Source: Paraglomus brasilianum (taxonomy: Eukaryota). From it: a stretch of DNA of 35,764 nt. A program made the position numbers and the translations under genes. Under the pieces are notes generated by a model, which was given only the letters and a program-made list of their open reading frames with translations, was not told the DNA's origin and ran no database searches. Location of the stretch: the NCBI GenBank assembly GCA_910592345.1, contig CAJVPI010000314.1:1-35764 (forward strand), in the 5' to 3' direction. Shown in pieces: positions 24,899 through 35,213 of this stretch (within the stretch, counting starts at the first letter, position 1; each line of letters begins with the position of its first letter).

Positions 24899-26635
24899 TT
24901 ACCAAGTTCGAAGCGCATATTGCATGGTAGAATCACGAAAACCATTCAATCTGAATAAATACAAAACCATTTTATAACCTCTTGACATGGAAGTTTTCCA
25001 ATCTCCCAGTGGATTTACTCCAAGACTGAAGACATCTGATTCTTTCCACTCTCCACGAGTATAAGATTTGTTCTCAATATCAAAAGATAATTGGGTCAAT
25101 ATATGCTGTATGTTGTCGAGTCAACAATCGCAATCGATCGTAAACTAGGCACGACCTTGCGTCAATCGTAGAAACTAATCCTAGACGCTTATTCCGCCCC
25201 CGAATTATTCGACTATATAAACGCGTTAATGCTTGAGACGAGAATAACCACCGTTTTGCCACGGGAAATCCCCGGGACAAGCGGCGAGTACTCCTAAATG
25301 ATATAGTGATTCCCAATTATATCAATCGTGTATTTCAGAGTATATAAACTACTCGTTTATTAGGAATATTATTATGAACTACAAAACTGTGCGAACAAGA
25401 TGAATTCTAACGGAAAGTTGAGCTGCTTGTATATATATTATTATGAACTACATACATAACTGTGTGAACATGATGAATTCTAACGGAAAGTTGAGCTGCT
25501 TAAAAGTGTTGCGCTCGCAACACGTCTATTCTAAAAGTTTGTTGCGTACGAAACATCGGGGACCGCGACATTATTATTGAGCAGCAGCGGAAGACCACAG
25601 GCGTGGACGGGACCGCGACATTATTATTGAGCAGCGGCGGAAGACCACAGGCGTGGACGGGGACCGCGACGACATGTTATTGAGCGGTGGGAGACTATAT
25701 ATGGTCCCCCCGATGTTTTGCGTGTCTGATAGGTACGCCATCGACATCGTCCGAGACGCACATGATTTCCTTGAGAGCCTTGGAGGACAATCCAAAGTCA
25801 GTTATCTTTGCAATACCTCCTTGAATAAGAATGTTTGTTGAAGACTAATTGATTTGAAAATGTGTCGACATTAGTGTATGATGACAATTATACATCAAAT
25901 ATATATTACATAAGAAAGCTGTGTAATCGGTACATACCAAGTCCTTGTGAACAACTTCGAAATCACTTCTTGCTGGTAGCAAATCGTTGCTCTTTTGCTT
26001 TTCCAAGAGCGCGTATTCATCGCTGTTGTCAACTCGTCAGTAATCTCCAGGTCTAGCTTGTACTTGTCCTCCCATGTTAGACTAGCAAAGCACTTCTGTA
26101 GGTCTTCATGCAAAGCCCCACCATTTGCGTACTCATAGTCCATATGGTAATGACCGGATAACTCTGTTCACGTCAAGAAGGTTACGGAAAAGTACAAGTT
26201 ATAATCAATTTATCAGTCAAGTACAACACCTAATACTAATACTAATAATATCACTTAACATACCTTGATATGTTCTTAAGAGCCGTATAACGTTCGGGGG
26301 ATCATCCACCAGCTTATGGGTTCTCAGCTATTACATGTATATTATAGGTTTTAGCTTCAACGTTCTGCAGTTATTAATATCGATAGTTACATTAGGTAAC
26401 GGATGAATACCTCTTTGATAAACTGTTCATATAACTCTTCTTCACACTCCAGGAACAAAGTTTTCATTGCAACTGATATTCCGGAATGTTTTATCTTGGC
26501 TTTGTATGCAACACCACCGAGAAGTATACAATCTAGGATGTTATCTTCCGAATAATATTTGATAAAGCCTTCGTAAATGCTCTTAGCCAGGCACGCCTTC
26601 TTGTATGTGTTGTTAGATAACTGTCCGTGAGACAT
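24899..26635 (-). pseudogene. Degenerate TKL kinase paralogue
   Basis: Remnants AYKAKIK..VAMKTL..FIKE, PNVIR, EYANGGAL..LTWEDKYKL, VVHKDL|SSTNILIQGGIAKITDFGLSS, then AYIDP and SDVFSLGV after an insertion. Intron positions match the kinase at 1016-2389. Frameshifts and a damaged Gly-loop. Confidence 0.8.
25111..25731. mobile_element. ~620-bp insertion, probable solo LTR
   Basis: Begins TGTTGTC and ends TCTGATA (CA->TA decay). Flanks tgta/ggta. Removal restores kinase GVPAYIDP to within 1 nt. Contains tandem duplications at 25365-25501 (~65-70 bp x2) and 25558-25690 (~50 bp x2.5). Confidence 0.6.
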
Positions 26636-27570
26636 GTTCAGGAGCATCGATGAGAGACGAGAAAGGCTATTTTGTCCCGTAGTATTATAGAATCTGTCAC
26701 ACAAGTTTAGCCATATTGTAACACAAAGAATCTAGATGCGTTTGTATGTATATTTCAGGAGTAATTATAATAATGTAATTGTTCATTCCAAAGCTTGCTA
26801 TGATACGTATGATACCGCAGCTTAAAACAATAATGAGACTGAATATATCAATCAACTAGCTTCAAAACAGTGAGCTTTTAATATCACATCCTGAGGATAT
26901 AAATGCAGCTTTGCAAAAAGTAATGTGTACAACGTTAGATAAGGTCCTCTGTTATTAGAGAAGTTTGTTATTGCAAATCTAATAAGCCATAGACGCGAGT
27001 TTTGAATAGTAATAATTTTCAATCGATTTTGTGTCATACATCATTTTTCACTATGTTATTATGTTATTATCGATTTGTTTATAAGATAGACGTGTATCTA
27101 GCTAGTCTTTACAATTTCAATAAACTAAATTTTAAATGTAATTAAAATGTTGGGTAATTTATTTTACGCCAAAGACAACGCTTACAGATTATCCATTGAT
27201 ATTACCAGGTTTATGATACTAAACGCAGTACTTTGCAACTTATATTGAAAACAACACGATCAGTGGATACGTAATAGTATAAGTTAAGGTTAACAATCGG
27301 TAACGAAACGTCAGTGACTCGACACTATAATAGCTCCAAGGTTTCCGATAAACTATATACAGAAGAATCATAGTACGTATGGGCAACAGAGATGTTCGGA
27401 AAAAAGGATTTTCAATTCAATATGTCTTAACGATCAATACACGTATTTTCTTAGCATAATAGAATAGCATTTTATCTCACTCGCTCATTTTTACCTCAAC
27501 TTGTTTATTAACTAATCAACCAGGAGTACATAAAAGCTTAACACAATAATTAAAAATGATAATAATAACG

Positions 27571-28491
27571 TTAATAATTTATTTGATAAGTCCGGTTAAG
27601 TGTCAACGAAGAATTATACAAAATCCTATTAATCGCATCCTCTGCGGCAGCAGATTTCGCTTCTTGTTTTTTCCCAGGTTTTACAGCCGTTCCAACAACT
27701 ATACCGCTAATTATGCATGTAGCCTTCCAAGACGGACTATGCTCAAATCCAGCTTTTTCAAATTTATACTCTATATCAGACCTCCCAAGATGGTCTCTCC
27801 ATTCCTTGAGAGCCGACACAGGATTTTGACATTTGATTGCCTTTTTCAATGATTCCATTTCCAACAGAATTTGGCTCACTTGGTTCTGATTGACTGGTTC
27901 TGCAGGTGTTGGACTGAAAACATGTCCATCATAAATACTCTCCGACGGACTTTGTCTTCCGTTGGTAAAAATTGGAGAATCAGTTACTTGCGACGACGGA
28001 AACAGGGGGGTAGATAAGCTGGCTAGGGTTCTTGGAGGTTCCCGTGCTAACGCTTCGCACGTCTCGCGCAGGAAAGGAAATACTAGCTGGTCCACGCGGT
28101 TTTGTCCGCCTTCACGATGAATGGCCCCAATAATTGCCTCAAACGCATCTTCCAGCATCTTGTCTGTAACTCCCTGACAACTGTTACCAACCCGAATATG
28201 TTCATCAATCCGAATTGCTTTCGCAAAAGTTGCCAAGCTTGACGTTCTTTCGATTTTGCTTCGGAGTTGCGTAAGCCGGTCCTCGTTCCAATCTACACAC
28301 ATTTCACGCAGCAGACTAGTTATGGAAGCTTTTAGATAAGCGTCCCCTTCAAATTCTAAGCGTTGATTATTTTTTTGAGCTTCGCCGGGATTTTCGTAAC
28401 TATAAGAGGGATGCGTTAATGCTTGACGACGTAGCTGTTCGTCTCGAATTCCATAATTCGGGTAATCTAATACGTCAAAGTTCGTGTCCAT
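27571..28491 (-). CDS. rnc: Class I (bacterial-type) ribonuclease III: single RNase III domain + dsRBD, intronless
   Basis: QALTHPSY, signature QRLEFEGD, DAFEAIIGAI, Ser/Pro-rich linker, and dsRBD NPVSALKEW...KKQEAKSAAAEDAI. Confidence 0.92.
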   Translation of the reverse strand: MDTNFDVLDYPNYGIRDEQLRRQALTHPSYSYENPGEAQKNNQRLEFEGDAYLKASITSLLREMCVDWNEDRLTQLRSKIERTSSLATFAKAIRIDEHIRVGNSCQGVTDKMLEDAFEAIIGAIHREGGQNRVDQLVFPFLRETCEALAREPPRTLASLSTPLFPSSQVTDSPIFTNGRQSPSESIYDGHVFSPTPAEPVNQNQVSQILLEMESLKKAIKCQNPVSALKEWRDHLGRSDIEYKFEKAGFEHSPSWKATCIISGIVVGTAVKPGKKQEAKSAAAEDAINRILYNSSLTLNRTYQINY

Positions 28492-30029
28492 TTTGTATAA
28501 TGGTGTGTTGTTAGAAGTATTCTCAAAGGGCTACCAAAAGATATTGCAAAATCTCTGAACCGAAATGCGATCCATTTATATCTGTCAGAATGCTGCGCAT
28601 GAATGTCACTATATGATAAATCGGGTGAACGATGGGAGAACTTGTGATTATCTTTGTAGTTTCGGATAGCTCTTTTAATATTAATACTGCGGGCAGTTGC
28701 ACAATTACACGTTTTCTGGATAACAATGGACGTCCGCAGTAATATCTTGCAGATCCATAATACCCTTTATGTTTAACTCCATTGTCTTAACTAGCGAATT
28801 AAAACATGGCTTCGGAGAAGTCGAAGCGTGCTGTCAGATATGCCCATTCAAACTGCGAAACAGATTATCGGCGCAGACCGAACATTCTTCAATTAAGCAT
28901 GTGCGATTGGATACTCACAAACCTCGGTCGGTCATAGAATCATCCTTTGTGATAAATAGTATATTAGGGTTGAGTTTTTGCAGGCACAAGCTTAATGCTT
29001 CTCGTTTTGTATCGTGAATGATCGCGACGGCTAGTACAAAGTTTACCGAGTTGCGCCAGACGAACAGCTAACCCAAACAAGAAATTGGCGTTCCGGCATA
29101 ATGTATAATGCACCGTAAGACAATGCACGATAGAAATAGAAGAGAAATGTGTGCATTTGACCTGGAAAAGGAGACGATTCAGAAATCAACAAGACTATTC
29201 ATTCGACAAAAGCAAAACGAACAACCGACCGACCAATATTACTGTCGTTCTTAACAGTCGGATGTCATAAATTGGTTCTCTTTTGCTTATCACCTCTGTA
29301 CACGAATCTCTTTATCCAAATAATTTTGCATGGGATTATTTTTGTGTTTGTTATCCCACTCAGTCGTTGTTTTTCCCACTACAGCGAAGTTTCCTTAAAT
29401 GTAGTATAGTGTAGTAGTATGCTTCCCAAAACACATTCCGAGAGTCTCCAAACAATAGGCTGTAGATTCCCATACAATTTGTACCACGAACAAATACACG
29501 CGATCAAAGTTCGCCATTTATTTAATAAAAGAAGAAAAAAAAAGCCAAACATTAAAAATCGATTCAAACTGAAAACCTCAACGATATTTTGAGAACAATG
29601 ACCTTCGGTGTGAATCAACCGAAGACAGGATATCAATGGAATATGTAATAGGAAAGAGTTGGGCGAGTAATGATAAGTGTCAAAGTGTCTTCCATGATTC
29701 TCCTCCCTTTCTCGCCGTTATCTCTAAGAGAGTTGACCCACACTGAAGATCAAGGTACTCAATGAAGATAAGCTTGACGAAACTAGACAAAACTAAAGAT
29801 CAAGGTGCTTGATCAAGATAACTGAACAAAAAAAATAATAGGAAGGGTGGGAAGGGAAATAAAAAAAAAAACACAACAAAAAACAAAACAAAAAACAAAA
29901 AACAAAAAACAAAAAACAAAAAAAAACATCAAGCGATATATATAGTTATACAAGTTCTTGTTGAGACAAGTCGAAAAAGTCAAAAGTATTAATCTTGTCA
30001 CCCTTATTCGACACAATATCGTTCCTTGC

Positions 30030-30899
30030 TTAATGTTTACATGTTCGCTCATAATAGCTCATTTTCATCGCAACATTATTCTGATTCATCAAGAATGCAT
30101 CCAAAGCAGTCAACGGCATTCCGTGTATTCGTGCCTTACTCTCTATAGTCCTCAACGCCTCCATAGCAGCCTCCTTTTTAGCGTCTTTTTTGTTTCTCGC
30201 CTTCCCAGAACCCAGACAATGTTCGTTTATGCAAACGTTAACGACAAAGACAGCATTGGGTGAGTCTTCAATATCGCGATAGATAGGAATACCGAGCTTG
30301 TTCCGTTGAGACCACGTCTGAAGTTTGTTTATCGGATCTTGCAAATCGGACGGAAGTCCTCTCCTTGAATGAGAATTTTTGGATTCGTTGTTGAATTCCT
30401 TCTTCGAGTGTACGTGAGAGACCGCACCACGAGTCAGTTCCTCGACAGCCGCCAAGAGTAGTGGCTCCATGAACTTTTGTACGGCCTTCATGCTAGAACC
30501 GGAATCCAGATATACAGCACCAACGTAGGCCTCAAAGGCATCCTCCAAGACCTTTTCGCTTGCTTTTCCACCGTCTCTTAGCGCACCTTTACCCAGTAGA
30601 AGACCTTCATCCAGTTTTAGCTGCAATGCAAACTTGGCGAGAGACTTTTTGCATACCAAGTTAGCTCTGAGTAAAGTGAGTTGTCCTTCTTTGAGGTCTG
30701 GATATCGTGTGAATAAAAAATTTGCTACCACAAAAGAGACGATGGAGTCGCCCAAAAATTCGAGGCGTTCATTGTGCGGGCCGGTTTTTGGATTTTCGTA
30801 ATGATATGATTTGTGAGTCAAGGCCTGTTTGCGGAGAGTGTCATTTACAAAAGTGTGTTGATGCTGTCGGCCTATGGAAGCTGAGTAGTGTTTGCGCAT
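30030..30899 (-). CDS. rnc: Class I (bacterial-type) ribonuclease III: single RNase III domain + dsRBD, intronless
   Basis: QALTHKSY, canonical NERLEFLGD, EGQLTLLRANLV, DAFEAYVGAVYLD, and dsRBD DPINKLQTW...GSGKARNKKDAKKEAAMEAL. Confidence 0.95.
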   Translation of the reverse strand: MRKHYSASIGRQHQHTFVNDTLRKQALTHKSYHYENPKTGPHNERLEFLGDSIVSFVVANFLFTRYPDLKEGQLTLLRANLVCKKSLAKFALQLKLDEGLLLGKGALRDGGKASEKVLEDAFEAYVGAVYLDSGSSMKAVQKFMEPLLLAAVEELTRGAVSHVHSKKEFNNESKNSHSRRGLPSDLQDPINKLQTWSQRNKLGIPIYRDIEDSPNAVFVVNVCINEHCLGSGKARNKKDAKKEAAMEALRTIESKARIHGMPLTALDAFLMNQNNVAMKMSYYERTCKH

Positions 30900-33835
30900 T
30901 TTGGTTGGGGAGGGAGGGGGACGGGGGGAGGGGGGAAGGAGAGGGGAGAGGGGAGAAGTCTGTTAGCGATATTGAGTGATAAGGATAAAGGGATGCAGAT
31001 ATCTACTGCTATCTATATAGATTATGTGCTGTTCACTGTTACTACACACACTTTTGCGAATCCTTCTATAGTCACACCATCATACGCTTCTCCTATCTGT
31101 CTTAAATAAGAGCCATCCAACATTGGGAGCGAAAAGTTGTGGTGTAACAGCATATTGCATTCAATAGCGTGATCACCGTAGGTTTTTCTCTGCGGAACAC
31201 ACGGCAACAATGGGGAGTTGATATAACGACCTGCAGGAGCGTGATTTCTGTATTACCTCTCCCGCCAGTTAAAATCTTCGACCTCCCTATAGTCACGCAG
31301 TGAAATCATCACCCAATAATAAACCTTATCGTGAAGCATGGATATTCTTGATAACTGTGGCTATATATCAGCTAGGATTGATATCGTATTGGTATATCAG
31401 ATGAAATCTGAAGCAGTCCGTGATCGCTGTGCGATATTTCGTAATCTCGCAGATACGGCATATCGAAATTGTTAATTATTCAATGCATGTGAATATGTCA
31501 TGCCTATAATCGTACAATTGTCTGCCAAATAAAGATAGTAAAAAAAAGAAGCAGAAAATATTTTGATTAAGGGCTTTTTATCTGCTCCTATGTCTTTGCT
31601 AGCTGACAAGGGAGCGATCCATTATTTTTAGTTTATTGTGATTTCTCGTTTCGGGAAATCGAATGTACGAAATACCAAAATTTTAACTGGCAATACAGAA
31701 GTCACGCTTAGGCTACTGGTTGATAAGGAAAGTGGCTGAGTATCATTTGAAAAAAAAAAAAAAAAAGACTAACAACACGAAGCACTATGCCCTTTTCTGC
31801 ATTGTTTACATGCGTTTCCCGGAGAGTAATCTGTGCAACTCAAAAGGTCTGCGCAAAGTTCTGGAGAGTAAACCTGTTTACAACAAATAAGTCTTGCGCA
31901 AATCTAAAGACTGTTATATGCGAGCTAATCTGCTTGTTGTTTCACATATGTTCTTATCGGCTTTTTACTATTGGTGGAAAGCTTCTCTTTTTGTAGTTAA
32001 TTCTGCTGGCGCGAATTGATTTACCAAAGGGCCATTTTATTCCATTGTAGATCGTTTTAAAATAGAGTTGATTTGCATGGGTATATTATATGGGGCACAC
32101 TTGCATAATGAAGTAATAGAAGTAATAATAGCGCCTCAGGGGTCAGAATTGTCAAGTGTCACAAAATTTACCCCATATTTATTTTTCGTTGGGTCATATT
32201 CGATTCCACAAAAACAGTGTGAACCAATATCAAATACATTCCTTACAAATACTCTGAAATGCAACCTTGATTGTGTGCAACCTTCAATAGTTGTGCTTGA
32301 CCCCTAGCGGCGATATAATCGTATTTCAGCACCAGCAATTATTATTATAGTGCCATCAGCAAATCTTATAGTTCCCGATTCATGATGACGTAATTAGAAT
32401 ATTGGCGCAAAGATTGGAAATGCGCCCCATCAAACATATGTAAAATGCTGTGAATAACTAACGTAGATCAAAGATAAGTTAGTAAATACAAGAATGAAGG
32501 AATGAAAATACCTGTCAATCCATCCCATCTCCTACAATACAAAGCATTCGTTGCAGATGCAAACCTTTTTCACTGTATTCACACGCGCGTCTTCTATGGC
32601 TTGGTTATTATCACTATCATTATTATTCATTATTATTGTTATTGCGTTCACGATCTGCACCCGGAATGTTGTGATCAAATGTCGTGGTTAGCCTAACGTC
32701 CATGAAATGCATAACCTCGCTTCATTCCAACACATGATCCATTTTTTGTTTGCATTTGGTAAGAAGCGATCGTAAAAGAAGTTCAGCCTCCTACCTCCCA
32801 CGTTACATCAGCCTTATGATTATCGACATCTTTCTAGCCTTCCACAGAGATAATCTTTGTGCATCACAATTATGGTAAAAGTGCTCGTGACCCATTACGA
32901 CTAAATAATCAATAATAAATAGGTCAATACCTTTATTCACAATCTCGGCTTGTTTTTGGTTATTGTCATTATCATCATTGTTATTACCATGTTGGGCAAC
33001 TTTTGATGGCGATAAGACTTGATAACTACGCCTAATTTGTATGATAAACTTGCTACTTGCTTTTATTGAATGGTTTTTCGAATTGCGAGAAAATATAATT
33101 AGTCGTGTATAACGCTACTCCTTACAACATTCTTTACATAGTAAACGACCATATGTCTATATGTGTATACAGCCAATGAATATAATTGTAAGATTGACAC
33201 AGTTACTGTATATCGCTAGTTGTAGTAAAAATAAGCGAATGCTATGGATCGGGCACGACAAAATAAAAAAATATTATCGGTAAAGTAAAAGACATATCTT
33301 TGTCTATCGCTATGACAGTGAAATGCTTTTTACGTTTCGTATCTGAGGGTCGATAATAAGGGGGAGTGTTTTAGATATTCGTTGTGTTACAAATACGGAA
33401 GAAGCCTCATGAAATTCGCATGTGAAGTTTTTCTTAAACGAACAGACTTCAATTATCAAGTATTCAAGACACGCTCTCCCAAGGCAACACATGATATAAT
33501 CTAATACTTACACTATCGACTAGTAGAGCGCTCTTTTAGTCGTCACAGTAATACAAGTGAAGGTTTGGATATACAGACTTGGAAGGACAACAAAAGAGTC
33601 GCGCTGATGTTTTATTGTCGAATGATGGAGCGCATTTCCTGTACCGTAGCTTCTTATCAGACAGTTAATTTTTAAGTCGCTTGACCATGAATTAGAATTT
33701 ACGGAAATGATGATTATTATTACATTACTTTTTTAAACAGATAGTAACTTTTCTTAAATAAAATATAGGCATAAAAAACATAATCATAATATTTATTAGA
33801 TTCCAACTATTACTATGATAAATTTACTCCGCACA

Positions 33836-35095
33836 TCAAGTGAACGCCGGATGGATTGTAACATATATTTCTCCGGAGAGAATCAAGGCTCCATCAAGCA
33901 ATGCCCGCTCCCCGAGCGCCATTTTCATCTCGATCCATTACAGTCCCACAATTTCGACACTTGTACATCTCGGACCCCATTTTTTGAACGCTCCCACACC
34001 AGCTGCAAGTTTTTGAAGTATAGACCTCATTTTGGATATAGCACGGACCCCTAATTCTTCCGAAATTGATAGTGGTCCGGTTTTTCGTGTTATCATTCTT
34101 GTTTTTCGATTTACAATGATGACAATGGCATCAAATTTGCGAGTGAAAAATGCGACACTCTTTTATGAATTTCGCTTGGCAGGTGTTTGATTTTTCGTCG
34201 CATCCGAAAGATTGCCTTGTCAAGTCGCAAGGCCTGTTTCTTCTTACGTTTCGAACTAGCTTGTCCTTTATAGAAAGAAAATTGTCCATATGCTTGCATA
34301 GGCGAATAATTCGTCCAATGTCGTATTGGTTGGCCAATTTTACCTACACCTTTAGTAGGAAACAAACGCCAGGGTCGATGGAAACTGCATGAATAGAACC
34401 ATCCGCTTGGGTTTCGCGGAGTTGTTTTTGCGTCTCGTAAACCCATGAAAATTTCCAATCATTAATTTTGCGAATATACGTAAGCTTACAATCGGACGTT
34501 ATTCTGTGAGGAACAGGCCACTTATTATTACGCCTTTTTTTTCGAAATGAAGCGGCCACAAATCGCGTTTTTCGTCCAGAATGATAACAGGCTTATGAAG
34601 GAATGCGGAAAGCATTGATAATGTAGAAACGGTTCCACGTGGATTTTGAAAAATTCTTCACACGAATTATCATCAGGATCGAAATGACTTCTTTGCTGAT
34701 ATTCGTGGTTGATCCTATTACTATATTTTGATTGATTATCTTGTCCCTAAATATAAATAAATAAATAAATCAGAAAAAAATCAAAAAATAACAATCATAC
34801 CTAGCAGTTAATGCTTCATCAATCGCCTCATCGATAATGTTTGCAGGCGCAGCATTCCAATACGCACAACAGTTCGCACGAATTTGCGTTCACCCCATAC
34901 GCATGATCTTTGAAGTCTCTTGTCCTCACGCTCATTAACGTCTTTGCCTACACGAACATCCGTGTAAAGCTTAAGCTTATCTTTAATAGGTTGAGATTTT
35001 ATCCAAACCCGTCGTGATGGACCAATATGCGAATCTTTAGTATAGAAACGGCGGTATCGACAGCGGACAACTGCATTATAGACATATCTCGACAT
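33836..35095 (-). pseudogene. Fanzor2 / IS607-type TnpB RNA-guided nuclease, frameshifted, with one intron
   Basis: In order across frames: SRYVYN, IIDEAIDEAL, intron 34800-34747, RuvC-I VSIDPG, DIGRIIRLCKHMD, RMRRKIKHLPSEIHKR, QNEVYTSKTCSWCG, CRNCGTVMDRDENGARG, RALLDG. Confidence 0.88.
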
Positions 35096-35213
35096 GATAA
35101 CAATAAATTGACTGTATACTACCCATACACACTAATATGCCGATAAGGTCTGTTTAGTTACACACAATATTGCTGTGCTACATCTTCTCGGAGTTGCCAT
35201 TCTTTCTTTGACA

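Noticed and set aside
25365..25690. Tandem repeats as a CRISPR-like array
   Set aside because: Units are adjacent duplications without unique spacers and lie inside an LTR-like insertion in a eukaryotic locus.
29746..29930. 26-bp imperfect direct repeat and A/C-rich tract, plus ORF 29813-30052
   Set aside because: Low-complexity 3' flank of RNase III copy 2; the Phe-rich ORF is a by-product of the poly-T/GT tract.
27571..30899. Bacterial or endosymbiont contamination, or a split Dicer
   Set aside because: The genes are contiguous with intron-bearing fungal genes and have long eukaryote-like intergenic/UTR sequence with no operon context. Each ORF has its own start, dsRBD and stop, and no helicase or PAZ is nearby.
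31819..31905. Imperfect ~43-bp tandem duplication (ggagagtaa...gcgcaaa)
   Set aside because: Two degenerate copies only, with no associated structure.
27571..35095. Functional coupling of RNase III with Fanzor (guide RNA processing, as in type II CRISPR)
   Set aside because: Only proximity (~3 kb) supports it. The Fanzor is decayed, TE relics are dense here, and TnpB/Fanzor guides are not known to need RNase III. Recurrent linkage in other genomes would be required.
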